A DNA stretch of 64,000 bases from an uncultured bacterium (GTDB taxonomy: Bacteria > Bipolaricaulota > Bipolaricaulia > UBA7950 > UBA9294). Below, piece after piece: positions 1 to 10,384 of this stretch. Location of the stretch: assembly GCA_965370555.1 (NCBI GenBank), contig CBDUVB010000008.1, positions 3,257-67,256 on the forward strand. The letters are read 5' to 3'. The translations under genes were made by a program, and so were the position numbers. Numbering within the stretch: position 1 is the stretch's first letter; the number at the start of each line of letters is the position of its first letter. The notes under the pieces were generated by a model. That model saw only the letters and a program-made list of their open reading frames with translations, was not told the DNA's origin and ran no database searches.

Positions 1-56
1 TAAGAATGCGTAGGCGATTATACGAAGCCCTTTCCCTCTTGGCCAACAAAGATCTC

Positions 57-1466
57 CTAGAACGGAGGGCCCTCTGCTCGCTCCATTGAGGCGGGGTAGA
101 AGCTGGCGTAGGCCTTGTGGAAGATCACGGGGAGCTTATCCACCGGTCCGTTCCGCTGTTTGGCGATGATGATCTCGGCCTCGCTCCCCATCCCTTGCCC
201 GCTCTTTGCCGTATCGGAGGGTTCATCGTAATAGTCGGCACGATAGATGAAAGCTACCACATCGGCGTCCTGCTCGATTGCTCCACTCTCACGTAAGTCA
301 GAGAGGCGAGGGTAACGTCTCCCTCGTTCGCGCTGCTCGACGGCCCGGTTCAGCTGTGAGACGGCGATGACGGGGATGTCCAATTCGCGTGCGAGCTTCT
401 TCAACGAGCGGGTGATATGCGATATCTCCTGCTCCCGTATGTCGGTGCGGATCGATCCCTCAACGAGCTGGAGGTAGTCGACGATGATCATATCCAACCC
501 GTGCTGGACCGCCATCCGGCGTGTCTTGGCCCGGATTTCGAGGATGGAATTACCGGGAGTGTCGTCGACGATGATCGTAGCCTTTTGGAACGCGCTTGCC
601 GCGTTGGCGATATCGCGCCACTTGTCTGTGGGCACGTACCCTCCACGGAGTCTGTGTAGACTCACCTTCGCTTCTCCGCACAAGAGGCGTTCGAGGAGCT
701 GTTCCTTTGTCATCTCGAGGGAGAAGATCCCCACCTTCGCCTTCTCGCGGATTGCCACATTTCGTGCGAGGGTGAGGGCAAGGCTCGTCTTACCCATTCC
801 CGGCCTTCCGGCAAGCACGATCAGGTCCGACCGATGCAGGCCGGAGGTCATTTCATCGAGTCGTGGAAATCCGGTAGAGAACCCGGTAAGCGCATGCTTA
901 TTCGGATCGCTGTGGAGTTCTTCCAACGTGTCGATATGCTCGTAGAGAAACTCGCTGATAAGGTAGTAATCACCCTTTGACTCGCGGCGGGAGATGTCGA
1001 AGATGAGCGATTCTGCCTTATCGAGGAGCTCGCTTGTATCGCTCGCTTCATCGTACCCAAACTCCGCGATTCGTCCCCCCGATTCGATCAACGCACGTAG
1101 GGTCGCCTTCTTGCGCACAATATCCGCGTAGTACTCTAGGCTCGCCGTAGTAGTCACCCGGTCGAGAAGCTCGGTCAGGTAGATTCTCCCACCGGCCTTC
1201 TCCATATCCCCCTTCTCCTCCAGGCGGTTGGCCAGGGAGACGATATCAGAGGGCTCGCTACGATCGAAGAGCTCTCTAATAGTGCGGAATATGACGCGAT
1301 GGGCACGGCGGTAGAAGTATTCGGGTTTCAGCCGCTCGACAAGGATGGGGATGGTATCTTCCGGTTCGAGGATCGCCGAGCCGAGTATGACCTGCTCGGC
1401 CTCGATGTTCTTGGGAAGACTGCGCAGGCCAATGTTCTGTGTTTGTATGGATTCTTGCTCCCTCAT
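57..1466 (-). CDS. dnaB: replicative DNA helicase DnaB
   Basis: N-terminal LPKNIEAEQVILG; Walker A AGRPGMGKT; IIVDYLQL; LRESGAIEQDAD; KQRNGP. Confidence 0.97.
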   Translation of the reverse strand: MREQESIQTQNIGLRSLPKNIEAEQVILGSAILEPEDTIPILVERLKPEYFYRRAHRVIFRTIRELFDRSEPSDIVSLANRLEEKGDMEKAGGRIYLTELLDRVTTTASLEYYADIVRKKATLRALIESGGRIAEFGYDEASDTSELLDKAESLIFDISRRESKGDYYLISEFLYEHIDTLEELHSDPNKHALTGFSTGFPRLDEMTSGLHRSDLIVLAGRPGMGKTSLALTLARNVAIREKAKVGIFSLEMTKEQLLERLLCGEAKVSLHRLRGGYVPTDKWRDIANAASAFQKATIIVDDTPGNSILEIRAKTRRMAVQHGLDMIIVDYLQLVEGSIRTDIREQEISHITRSLKKLARELDIPVIAVSQLNRAVEQRERGRRYPRLSDLRESGAIEQDADVVAFIYRADYYDEPSDTAKSGQGMGSEAEIIIAKQRNGPVDKLPVIFHKAYASFYPASMERAEGPPF

Positions 1467-1567
1467 TCCTTACGCGACCTCCACCGCCATTATACCGGGG
1501 TCCCATCTCCTCGGGCAAGGGCACGCGCAAAGCGAGAAAAGGCCATCCACACTGTTCTTCCTCTGTA

Positions 1568-1596
1568 TTGAAGGGACGTTCCCCGTTTGCTATACT
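1568..1596 (+). promoter_or_regulatory. sigma70-type promoter of rpsB operon
   Basis: TTGAAG-N17-TATACT with TG extended -10. Confidence 0.6.
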
Positions 1597-1628
1597 CTTA
1601 TCCAACGTTTCTCTATTGGGAGGATGAT

Positions 1629-2795
1629 GTGGAAGTTCTGACAATGAAAGAACTGCTCGAGACCGGTGTCCATTTTGGGCATCAAACGCGTAAGTGGAAC
1701 CCCAAGATGAAGTGTTACATCTTTACTGAGCGCAAGGGGATTCACATTATCGACCTCGAACAGACCGTGAACCTGTTTAAGAAGGCGTACTACTTCGTGC
1801 GTGACCAGTCTGGTGCGGGGAAAGAGATCCTCTTTGTGGGGACGAAAAAACAGGTCCAGACGACAATTGCTGAAGAGGCGAAACGATGTGGAGCACATTA
1901 CGTCAACCGTCGTTGGCTCGGCGGGACGTTGACCAACTTCGTTACGATTAAGCAGAGCATCAAGCGGATGAAGGACCTGGAGACGATGATCGAGGACGGG
2001 TCGATCGACCATTTCCCTAACAAGGAAGCAACCCGTATCCGTCGTCAACTTGCCAAGCTCCAGCGCAACCTGGACGGACTCCGTCACTTGGAACGGATTC
2101 CGGATATCATGTACGTCATCGATCCCGATGTCGAAGCGAACGCTATCCACGAGGCAAACACCCTCAAGATCCCCGTCCTCGCTATCGTGGATACGAACTG
2201 CGATCCAGATCCGATCGATTTCCCGATCCCTGGAAATGACGATGCGATCAAGGCGACAAAGCTGATAACCTCGAGGATTGCCGACGCTGTGTTGGAAGGA
2301 CGCGAGGGCCGCCAGGAAGAGGTAGAGGAAGCAGTCTCTGCGGAAGAGCCCAAGAAGGCTGAAGAGGGAGTACCCTCCGACGAGGAGAAGGTCGTTCCTG
2401 CGGAGGCCACCGCCGAACCGGAAGAAGAGGCTGTAATGGAAGAGGAAACGACTACAGAGGAAGAAAAAGCCGCCTCAGAGGAGACCGCGGAAGTGGTAAG
2501 TGAGGAGGTCGTCCCTGCGGAGGCCACCGCCGAACCGAAAGAAGAGACTGTAATGGAAGAGGAAACAACTACAGAGGAAGAAAAAGCTGCCTCAGAGGAG
2601 ACCGCGGAAGTGGTAAGTGAGGAGGTCGTCCCTGCGGAGGCCACCGCCGAACCGAAAGAAGAGACTGTAATGGAAGAGGAAACAACTACAGAGGAAGAAA
2701 AAGCTGCCTCAGAGGAGACCGCGGAAGTGGTAAGTGAGGAGGATCCCGCCAAGGAAGAGGAAGGCGAGACCCCAAATGAGCAGGAAGGAACCTAG
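1629..2795 (+). CDS. rpsB: 30S ribosomal protein S2 with long acidic repeat C-terminal extension
   Basis: [30 protein letters not shown]; GTG at 1629 after GGAGGA. Confidence 0.97.
   Translation: MEVLTMKELLETGVHFGHQTRKWNPKMKCYIFTERKGIHIIDLEQTVNLFKKAYYFVRDQSGAGKEILFVGTKKQVQTTIAEEAKRCGAHYVNRRWLGGTLTNFVTIKQSIKRMKDLETMIEDGSIDHFPNKEATRIRRQLAKLQRNLDGLRHLERIPDIMYVIDPDVEANAIHEANTLKIPVLAIVDTNCDPDPIDFPIPGNDDAIKATKLITSRIADAVLEGREGRQEEVEEAVSAEEPKKAEEGVPSDEEKVVPAEATAEPEEEAVMEEETTTEEEKAASEETAEVVSEEVVPAEATAEPKEETVMEEETTTEEEKAASEETAEVVSEEVVPAEATAEPKEETVMEEETTTEEEKAASEETAEVVSEEDPAKEEEGETPNEQEGT
2391..2741 (+). repeat. 3 x 117-bp (39-aa) tandem repeat in rpsB tail
   Basis: unit [10 protein letters not shown](E/K)EE(A/T)[25 protein letters not shown] starting at 2391, 2508 and 2625. 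Confidence 0.95.
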
Positions 2796-2801
2796 CCAAA
2801 A

Positions 2802-3404
2802 ATGACGATACGAAACGAAGACATTAAGGCCCTGCGCGAGGGAACCGGTGTAGGGATCATGGATTGCAAGTCTGCCCTTACGAAAGCAGGGGGCGACATA
2901 GAGCAGGCGAAGAAGGTCCTGCGTGAAGAGGGGAAAGACCTCCTTGCCAGTAACGAGAAGGAACGCGAAGCGAATGAGGGACGTGTAGAAGCATACATCC
3001 ACCACAGTGGTAAGGTTGGCGTTCTGGTGGAAGTAGCCTGCAACACCGACTTTGCCGCAAACAGCGATGATTTCCGCGCTTTCATGAGAGACATCACTAT
3101 GCATATCGCCGCCAGCAATCCGCGCTTCATCGCTCCCGAGGACATCCCAGAAGAGGTCATAGAAGAGAAGAAAGAAGCCTCTCGTAAGGAGATGGAGAAG
3201 GCGGGAAAGCCTGCTGAGATGATCGAGAAGATCGTTGAGGGCCGGATAGACAAGTTCTACATCGAAGCCTGTCTCCTCAAGCAGCCGTTCGTCAAGGATA
3301 CCAATCAGACGATGGAGGATCTCTTGGCAGACCTGCGTTCCAAGACAGGTGAGAACATCTTTGTCAAGCGCTTCGCCCGATACGAGATCGGAGAAGAGGA
3401 CTGA
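2802..3404 (+). CDS. tsf: elongation factor Ts (short form)
   Basis: LREGTGVGIMDCKSAL, EVACNTDFAA, LLKQPFVKD; follows rpsB. Confidence 0.96.
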   Translation: MTIRNEDIKALREGTGVGIMDCKSALTKAGGDIEQAKKVLREEGKDLLASNEKEREANEGRVEAYIHHSGKVGVLVEVACNTDFAANSDDFRAFMRDITMHIAASNPRFIAPEDIPEEVIEEKKEASRKEMEKAGKPAEMIEKIVEGRIDKFYIEACLLKQPFVKDTNQTMEDLLADLRSKTGENIFVKRFARYEIGEED

Positions 3405-4094
3405 GTGAACGCGCCTAAACGTCTCCTTCTCAAGCTCTCCGGCGAGGCGTTCAAAGGTGAGGAGGGGGCCTTCTCCCCCACCGCGCTGCAGCGTATCGTC
3501 GGAGAGATTGTCGCACTTGGCGACATAGAACTGGGGATTGTCGTCGGGGGAGGAAACATCATCCGCGGGGCGAGGAGCCCCTGGCTCGATCGGATCGAGG
3601 CCGACACCCTGGGGATGCTCGCAACCGTGTTGAACGGACTCGCACTCCGCTCCTACCTCGAAGGTGCCGGACGGGAAGCGATCGTCCAGTCGGCGGTATC
3701 GACCGAACTGACCGAACCGATATCCCCACGTAAGGCGCGGCGTGCCCTGGCGAATGGAGAAGTCGTGATCTTCACCGGCGGAACAGGAAACCCTCTCGTG
3801 ACAACCGACACCGCGGCCGCCCTACGTGCGGTATCGATCAAGGCCGATCTTCTCGCTAAGGGATCGAACGTCGCCGGCGTGTTCACCGAGGACCCCGCGA
3901 CCGGGAATGCACCACTTCTATTGGATGAGGTAAGCTTCGACGACTTCCTCGCGCACCGCTACGGCGTGATCGATATCGTGGCCGTGGAGATCTGCCGCGA
4001 GCACGCCCTCCCCATCGTCGTCTTCGATCTGGGAGAGGAAGGAGCGCTACAAAAGATCGCGCAAGGGAAGAGGATCGGCACCCTCATTCATTGA
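3405..4094 (+). CDS. pyrH: uridylate kinase
   Basis: LLKLSGEAF, VVGGGNIIRG, GTGNPLVTTDTAAALRA. Confidence 0.96.
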   Translation: MNAPKRLLLKLSGEAFKGEEGAFSPTALQRIVGEIVALGDIELGIVVGGGNIIRGARSPWLDRIEADTLGMLATVLNGLALRSYLEGAGREAIVQSAVSTELTEPISPRKARRALANGEVVIFTGGTGNPLVTTDTAAALRAVSIKADLLAKGSNVAGVFTEDPATGNAPLLLDEVSFDDFLAHRYGVIDIVAVEICREHALPIVVFDLGEEGALQKIAQGKRIGTLIH

Positions 4095-4175
4095 GACTGC
4101 CAGGCAAAAGTGCCAATAAGGCAACTCCTCAAGTCTAGATGCTAACCACGGTAGGATGCTCATGTTCCATTGTTG

Positions 4176-4433
4176 CTAATAGCTATAGAGCCTCCACGAA
4201 TCGAGGATCTTCGCCTGTTCGGTTTCTCCGAAGTCCTGCCCGTAGAGCCTGAGGAACACGTGTTCCCGCAGCGCATAAGGGCCTATCAAACCGTGCTCTT
4301 CCTTGATCCCAGCTTGAACTAGAGTTCTAGCTGTAGCGAACATACGGCAGGCCATAGCCAGACGTTCTTGTGGTGACCTTGCCATGATCATCTTTCGGAA
4401 ACGCTCTTCGATATCTATAGGATTATCGTTCAT
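4176..4433 (-). CDS. small hypothetical protein, partner of nucleotidyltransferase (putative TA pair)
   Basis: MNDNPIDIEERFRKMIMARSPQERLAMACRMF; ATGA overlap with the stop of the upstream pseudogene. Confidence 0.6.
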   Translation of the reverse strand: MNDNPIDIEERFRKMIMARSPQERLAMACRMFATARTLVQAGIKEEHGLIGPYALREHVFLRLYGQDFGETEQAKILDSWRLYSY

Positions 4434-4811
4434 CGCTTCTTCACCTGATCGAGCAAGACTTTCACTCCCAGTCTCTCGGCCCATGATTCCAGATAGCTCC
4501 AATCAAGATCAGTGCCCGCGTACGATTAAGTCGGCCTTGACCATCCACTCGTTGTGAATGATGCTGAACATGGATCGTCTGATCACGGCGTTTCGAATGC
4601 TGTCCTAGTTTACATAGCAATTAGCCTTAAAGAGCTGGGCGATCTTCGGTGAATCCTCCAGGTGACACTCGACGACCAGGTCTATATCCCGCGTCATGCG
4701 CGGTACTGCGTAGATCGCCATCGCCATCGAACCGGTCAGCATATACCGAATATCGGCTGCATCCAATCGCTCTGCTATCTGCTTTACAAACTCCAGTTGT
4801 TCGTTCATCAC
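4430..4811 (-). pseudogene. nucleotidyltransferase-fold gene with in-frame TAG and internal deletion/frameshift
   Basis: YMLTGSMAMAIYAVPRMTRDIDLVV NTase motif; TAG at 4605-4607, reading continues DSIRNAVIRRSMFSIIHNEWMVKADLIVR, then the C-terminal DLDWSYLESWAERLGV lies in another frame. Confidence 0.75.
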
Positions 4812-5000
4812 AAACCAAGTTTACCATCAATGGCTCTTTGAACATACATTCGCAGGCAGGCAGCCGCCTGGTTGGCCGCCGTCCTCTCTTGCGCTCATGG
4901 TATGTGTAGCTAAGGCCATCTACGTTGCGCTCAGGGACGACAGAGTCGGACACTCGCGCTTCTCTCTCGCAGGCATCCACAAAGGCTTATGTTGAGGCGA

Positions 5001-5171
5001 TCAAAGGAGTTTGTCGAGGATGTCTTCCATGTCCTCGTCAACAGGTGGAGAGGGTGACCAATCGACATGGATGACTTGTATCCCCTGATCCTGAAGGCTC
5101 TTGGCGAATTCTTGGAGTCCAAGGTTGATCGCAATGGGGCCAGCTTCCATCAAGCTTCGCAGATCGGCCAT
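5001..5171 (-). CDS. FdrA C-terminal-domain small protein (56 aa, not in ORF track)
   Basis: MADLRSLMEAGPIAINLGLQEFAKSLQDQGIQVIHVDWSPSPPVDEDMEDILDKLL resembles the FdrA C-terminal INIGL..F...L..QG..V.HVDW.PP segment; starts 2 nt after fdrA stop. Confidence 0.8.
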   Translation of the reverse strand: MADLRSLMEAGPIAINLGLQEFAKSLQDQGIQVIHVDWSPSPPVDEDMEDILDKLL

Positions 5172-5173
5172 CC

Positions 5174-6733
5174 CTAGTTTGATACCCCCGTTCTTTGACG
5201 CACGATGTCTCGCGCGAACTGGCTTGCCTGAGCGTTACTGGGGAAGACAACGACTCCAGCATCTTCCAGCATCTGCTCTTGCTTCTCCAACCCTTGTGGA
5301 TCTTCGTTGGTGCCACAGATAGACGCTACAACCGAAAGATAGTGACCTTTCTCATCACAGCGTTGCTTCGCCTCGACGATGGCCTCAACAAGATCACCAA
5401 CAGGATCGGGCGACGCATTGTAGCCAAGAATGAAGTCCAGAAGGAGCACGGCGACGTGCGGATCCTCCGCCTCATTCAGGATTCGCTCCCGCCTTTTCGT
5501 GGCATCGATCATCGGATGGGGGGCGCCGATCGTGAATGCATCTGCCCCCATATCGATAAGCGTGTTTTCTACACTGGCGTTCGCGCCGTTCAGTCGTCGC
5601 ATGCCTTTCAGCGGAGCGTTCGAGTGCACGACGATGCCCCCATCCCTCATCACCTGCTGTGCTTGATAGCAGAAGGTACCTCCTGCGAACAGGCCACGAA
5701 CATACATCTGATCCGAGCGCATTCTCACAACTTCGGCCTCCAACTGCTCGGTGTACTCGCTGGGCGAGAGAAGTGCAATGCTGGTCGTCGCTGCGCTCGC
5801 CAGACGGAGCGAGGTGGTCACGACATCATCCAGTGTGGCACAGATCTCGAAGCGCGCTTCCGGCGGTCGGTTGGTCGATTCAAGCCCCAGGAAGCAGGCG
5901 GCGATGGGTTTCCCACATCGATTCAGTCGTTGAACGATGCGCCCCAGCGTGTCCTGTCCGGGAGGCTTCGAGATGACGGCAATGGCGTGGGTACCTGGAT
6001 CCTTCTCTAAAGCATCGATCGCAGTAAGAGTGGAAACCCCTCCCACGGTATCGGAGAGATCCCGCCCACCGGTTCCGAATCCGTGCGAAATGCCGGCGCC
6101 AGACCGGTGCACGAGGGATGTGAATTCCTGAAGCCCTGTCCCTGAAGACGCCACAACCCCGATCGAGCCGCGCCGCACGACGTTCGCAAATCCGATTCCC
6201 GTCCCGGCAATGATGGCCGTACCACAGTCAGGGCCCATGACGATCAGCCCGGCATCGGAAGCCTTCTGCTTCAGTGCCACCTCGTCCTCCAGGGGGACGT
6301 GATCACTGAAGAGAAACACGTTCATGCCGTGATCAAGCGCAGCTTGTGCCTCCCTGGCTGCATACTCCCCCGGAATGGAGATCACGGCGAGATTCGACGC
6401 ATTCTGCTGTGCCCACGCATCATCAAGAGACAGAGCCATTCCTCCATCGAGTGTAGATTTCGGACGAACCAGCCACTGCTCGATGTCCTTGAGGAGGCCA
6501 TTGACTGCTTCTGCTTCCCCTTCGAGTGCCATGATCAGGTCGTTCGGGCCAGCATCTCTCAGGGCCGCTTCGGTAAATCCCATCTTGATCAGGACCAGTT
6601 TGTTGGCTGCCGATCCCATCACTGCAGCAGCATCCTCAATGCCCGGCTGCTCGGCAAGTCGATGAGCCACCGCCATGAGGAAAACGGAATCGAGGTAGCG
6701 GTTCTTCTTAATGGTGACATCGCGTGTACTCAT
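5174..6733 (-). CDS. fdrA: acyl-CoA synthetase-like FdrA (AllF, oxamate carbamoyltransferase subunit)
   Basis: YLDSVFLM, FLFSDHV, VMGPDCGTAII, RGLFAGGT, GAPHPMID. Confidence 0.9.
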   Translation of the reverse strand: MSTRDVTIKKNRYLDSVFLMAVAHRLAEQPGIEDAAAVMGSAANKLVLIKMGFTEAALRDAGPNDLIMALEGEAEAVNGLLKDIEQWLVRPKSTLDGGMALSLDDAWAQQNASNLAVISIPGEYAAREAQAALDHGMNVFLFSDHVPLEDEVALKQKASDAGLIVMGPDCGTAIIAGTGIGFANVVRRGSIGVVASSGTGLQEFTSLVHRSGAGISHGFGTGGRDLSDTVGGVSTLTAIDALEKDPGTHAIAVISKPPGQDTLGRIVQRLNRCGKPIAACFLGLESTNRPPEARFEICATLDDVVTTSLRLASAATTSIALLSPSEYTEQLEAEVVRMRSDQMYVRGLFAGGTFCYQAQQVMRDGGIVVHSNAPLKGMRRLNGANASVENTLIDMGADAFTIGAPHPMIDATKRRERILNEAEDPHVAVLLLDFILGYNASPDPVGDLVEAIVEAKQRCDEKGHYLSVVASICGTNEDPQGLEKQEQMLEDAGVVVFPSNAQASQFARDIVRQRTGVSN

Positions 6734-6771
6734 TCCGTCTTCTCCCGTTCGTCCACAGGGTCTGCTGGCGG

Positions 6772-8025
6772 CTAACCGATATCGTATTTCGTCGCGAACT
6801 GCGTCAGCGCCTTCTTGAAACAATCCAGAGGGGGCCGCACAAGCCCAGCGCCGATAATCGGATGCCCCGGCTCCTTGTGGGCCATCGCGGTATCGATGAT
6901 CGGCAGTACACCAGTCTTCACGATCTTGCGGATGTCGATACCAACTGCGGTACCCTCGAACCCCAGCGCCGGGATGAGGTAATCAGGGCTCTGCCCGATC
7001 GTAATCTGCCTCATCTGTCTGCTGTACGCCAATGCTTCACCAGGTGTTCCACCGACAAAGTTCAGAATTCCTGGGGCGCCTCCAAGGACGAAACCTCCCC
7101 AACCGACTGTTTCGGTGATTGCGGAGTCCCCAATATCGTAGCCTTCGTCGCCCTCGCTATATCCGGGCAGGAAGAGCCCCTTCACTTCAGGCGCCGGCGC
7201 TGTGAACCAGTCTCCTTCCAGACCGCTCACTTGAATACCGAACTCCGTCCCGTTGCGGGCCATCGCGGTCACGCCTGTGCAGTACGGTATTCCTCGGGCA
7301 GGGTCAGTAATCGATTTCGCTGCCGCCATCGAGAGCCCCAAGAAGAGTAGTTCATGTCCGCCCAGATACCCGAGTGTTGTCGCAATTTGGTTCTCAGGCA
7401 GTCCACTCTTCAGGAGCGGAATGGACATCGCATTTGCGAACAGACTCGATGCAGCAATCGGACGGTTGTGAAGCTCGTCTCCCATCTGCAAAGCCTTCGT
7501 GATGATGGGCTTGAGCGGCACCCCTCCCATAGAGCGAACGGCTGTTTGCAATGCGGGCGCCCACACGTCGCGCCACTTCTTCAAGCCCTCAAGGGCTTCG
7601 GCTGTATACTCGCCGAACTGCTGTCGCCCCTCAACCTGCCGGCAGTACGCCCGGTTGCCAAACTCCTTGTTCTCGACAACCCAGACCCACATCGATGGGG
7701 TGATCGTCCCAGCCATAGGCCCAACTGCATGATGGTGATGGTTCGGCTCCAGGTGGATCGCTCCGCCCTCCAACAGGCGAATGGCCTCATCAGGGCTAGC
7801 AGCCCATCCCTCAAACAGGACCATGCCGATGCACGCGCCACGCTGCGCGCCACTCATCTTCTGCCATTCCACGGGAGGACCTGCATGCAGAATCGTTCGT
7901 TCCGGGAGGTCCGATAGCACGTCACCCGCTGGAGCAACATCGACCAACACGGGATTCCCGGAAGTCATGCGCCGCAAGAACTCTTCATTGGCTTTCTCAA
8001 TCTTCTGCTTGACGTCAGTAGACAC
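6772..8025 (-). CDS. ylbE: DUF1116 YlbE/YahG (AllG) family protein
   Basis: ILHAGPP, AVGPMAG, ALQMGDELHNR, MARNGTEFGI, IGDSAITET; GTG after GGAGG. Confidence 0.88.
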   Translation of the reverse strand: MSTDVKQKIEKANEEFLRRMTSGNPVLVDVAPAGDVLSDLPERTILHAGPPVEWQKMSGAQRGACIGMVLFEGWAASPDEAIRLLEGGAIHLEPNHHHHAVGPMAGTITPSMWVWVVENKEFGNRAYCRQVEGRQQFGEYTAEALEGLKKWRDVWAPALQTAVRSMGGVPLKPIITKALQMGDELHNRPIAASSLFANAMSIPLLKSGLPENQIATTLGYLGGHELLFLGLSMAAAKSITDPARGIPYCTGVTAMARNGTEFGIQVSGLEGDWFTAPAPEVKGLFLPGYSEGDEGYDIGDSAITETVGWGGFVLGGAPGILNFVGGTPGEALAYSRQMRQITIGQSPDYLIPALGFEGTAVGIDIRKIVKTGVLPIIDTAMAHKEPGHPIIGAGLVRPPLDCFKKALTQFATKYDIG

Positions 8026-9037
8026 GCACAACCTCCTTCCAAGGTTCAAGTTCTTGTTTCATCTCTTGTGCCACCCCATGGGCACTGGGGAAAATGCCGT
8101 GAACAGAATCGTGGGCCATTAAGCGCACACAAGCAGAGCACGCACAGTGCACTCCGGCCAGCATGTCCCAGCCGGACGATTGGCCGATCAACGATACTCG
8201 ACCAACAGCCCGTACAAGGCACTCCAACGACTGTCCATCTAATGCCGCGTTCAAGAGATCATGTAACGGAGAAGCGGCATCTCCATACGCATGATCGGCC
8301 AGGATGGTGAAGCTGATCTTATTCGTCAGCCCCCTTGCTTGCTGCAGCCATCCATCTACACCCTCCCAATGGACTCCGACGAGTCCACAATAGGCCGAAT
8401 CAAGCGCGTGGAGGGTGTACAGGAATGCACCAAGCAGATCGTCTCCAGACGGCGTCAGCCCCTGTCCGAGCCCGACAACACCTATAGCATTTCCGAGTCC
8501 ATCTTGTAGATCTGCCCCGACTGAGATCTGACACAGTGATTCGATTGTTTGGTAAGCTCTGGCGACAAGTCTCTTCTCCAACGAACGTCCAGATGCTCCA
8601 CTGTTGGTCGGTGCATGGAAAAACATGGTGTTGGCCAGTGGCCCTCGAGGCGTTGATCGGAAGGCGGTTCGATCGATCGCGGTCAAGATCCGCTGTGCAG
8701 CATCAGAAGCACTCACTCCTCCTCGCACAAGCAGCTCCGGAGACCAGAGCTCGGCATCGCAGAGCCTGATAGCGAGATCGACTCCTACGTAGAGGTAATC
8801 ATCTTCCAGATAGCACTCGGCCCCGACACTTGGCAGCACAGCCGGCATGACCGGGAGCAGGATAGCGCGTGGATGCAGGGCAGATGAGCTTGCCGCTATC
8901 CAGAGGATGTCTCCTGCATCGCTCTCGATGTAGATCGCACCACTCACCGAGGCGAGCACAGACCACGATCTATCGGACTCAAGCATCGCCGCATAGGCAG
9001 TTGCGCCGATCTGATGGGCAAACAATGTAGTCGTCAC
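8015..9037 (-). CDS. ylbF: DUF2877 YlbF (AllH) family protein
   Basis: VGLGQGLTPSGDDLLGAF and IGQSSGWDMLAG motifs; clustered with fdrA/ylbE. Confidence 0.85.
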   Translation of the reverse strand: MTTTLFAHQIGATAYAAMLESDRSWSVLASVSGAIYIESDAGDILWIAASSSALHPRAILLPVMPAVLPSVGAECYLEDDYLYVGVDLAIRLCDAELWSPELLVRGGVSASDAAQRILTAIDRTAFRSTPRGPLANTMFFHAPTNSGASGRSLEKRLVARAYQTIESLCQISVGADLQDGLGNAIGVVGLGQGLTPSGDDLLGAFLYTLHALDSAYCGLVGVHWEGVDGWLQQARGLTNKISFTILADHAYGDAASPLHDLLNAALDGQSLECLVRAVGRVSLIGQSSGWDMLAGVHCACSACVRLMAHDSVHGIFPSAHGVAQEMKQELEPWKEVVRVY

Positions 9038-9109
9038 CGTCCCGCCCTTCGTCAATGGATGATTCCACTGCAGTTCTCCAAGGCCCTCAACAGCCTCGGT
9101 TAAGGATGA

Positions 9110-9140
9110 GTCACGCCGTGCGTTTAACGCACAGCGTGAC
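9110..9140. terminator. stem-loop downstream of BMP gene
   Basis: GTCACGC-CGTGCG-TTTAA-CGCAC-A-GCGTGAC inverted repeat. Confidence 0.5.
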
Positions 9141-9156
9141 CCGTGGTTGCCATTCG

Positions 9157-10242
9157 CTATTGCGCTTCGCCGATCATACCTTCGATCAGCCAGTCCCAGT
9201 CGCCCATCTTATCATTGCCCCAGAACTCGCCTTCGGCAATGCGGATGACTCCGTCTTGGTCAGCAATCGGCCCGATGAATGTGTCGATCAATCCGGCCTT
9301 GTAGCCCTCTGCAACAGCCAGCACGAACTGCCTGACTCGGTCAGGGACTGCATCCCCGAACGGAGCGATCTCAAGGAATCCTTCTGCGAGCCCCCTTCGG
9401 ATGAAGCCAGTCTGCCAAGTCCCATCGATTACGGCTTGTGCGCTTTCCGTGAAGTAGTTGCCCCACGAGAGGGCGAGGCCAGTAATCCAGCCATTGGGGG
9501 CGTACTCCTGAGCACCCACTGACATGAATCCGATCGTGTACGCACCTGCGGCTTCCACCGTCTGGATGACAGCGACCGGCGAATCCAAGTGCATGGTGAT
9601 AACGTCGCATCCTTGATCAAGCAGGGCTTGCGCCGCAGCCGCCTCTTTCGTTGGATCGTACCAGCTGAACGTGAGGAGCAGATGAGTCTCGACATCAGGA
9701 TTGACGGCTCTTGCACCAAGATGGAATCCGTTGGCATTGCCCGCCATGTACCCGAGGGGCATGCCAGCGATGAATCCAATCGTGTTGGTTTCGGTCATCA
9801 TACCAGCAGCAACGCCCATCAAGTAGAAGTGCAGCTGCGTTGTGGCGAAGAAGTTGCTGAAGTTGCCCGTAACTTCCCAGCCTCCAGGGTGCATGAAGAC
9901 GACATCCGGGTGTCGTTCGGCAACGTTAAGGGCTGGATACTGGAACGCAAATCCACAGGGGAGAATCATCTTCGCGCCCTGTATGATCATGGTCTCCATC
10001 GTGCTTTCTGCGTCCGCATCGCCAACGTACTCCGCGACAAGAACCTCGACACCAGGGATATTCTCCTGAACCTCCAACACCGCATCGTAGAACATCTGAT
10101 TGTAACCCGCGTCGCTCTTTGGCCCCGGAAGGAGCAGGCCGATGATCAGACTTGGCTCTTGTGCAACAGCAATAACTCCGACTAGCATGGTCGCTACGAG
10201 CGCGACCAATACCGCCAGGACTATAGTGTTCTTTACTTTCAT
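9157..10242 (-). CDS. BMP-family ABC transporter substrate-binding protein (purine/nucleoside type)
   Basis: signal peptide; GPKSDAGYN, NGFHLGARAVNPD, SWYDPTKE. Confidence 0.9.
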   Translation of the reverse strand: MKVKNTIVLAVLVALVATMLVGVIAVAQEPSLIIGLLLPGPKSDAGYNQMFYDAVLEVQENIPGVEVLVAEYVGDADAESTMETMIIQGAKMILPCGFAFQYPALNVAERHPDVVFMHPGGWEVTGNFSNFFATTQLHFYLMGVAAGMMTETNTIGFIAGMPLGYMAGNANGFHLGARAVNPDVETHLLLTFSWYDPTKEAAAAQALLDQGCDVITMHLDSPVAVIQTVEAAGAYTIGFMSVGAQEYAPNGWITGLALSWGNYFTESAQAVIDGTWQTGFIRRGLAEGFLEIAPFGDAVPDRVRQFVLAVAEGYKAGLIDTFIGPIADQDGVIRIAEGEFWGNDKMGDWDWLIEGMIGEAQ

Positions 10243-10384
10243 GTCTCCCCTCCTATGGAAGATCCTTCATAGCGCAACTCGATCCAGTGAATGATTCGTC
10301 GTAATCTGCCTGCCTTGATCACCTCCTCCTGCCGTTGAGATCTGCGAGGTGCAATCGCTCAACGGCATTGAAACCTCACCTGCC

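Noticed and set aside
2084-2752. 222-aa Ser-rich minus-strand ORF
   Set aside because: Antisense shadow of the rpsB Glu-rich repeats
4600-4610. in-frame TAG as possible pyrrolysine or recoding
   Set aside because: The same gene also carries a deletion/frameshift, and TAG is used as a normal stop across the window
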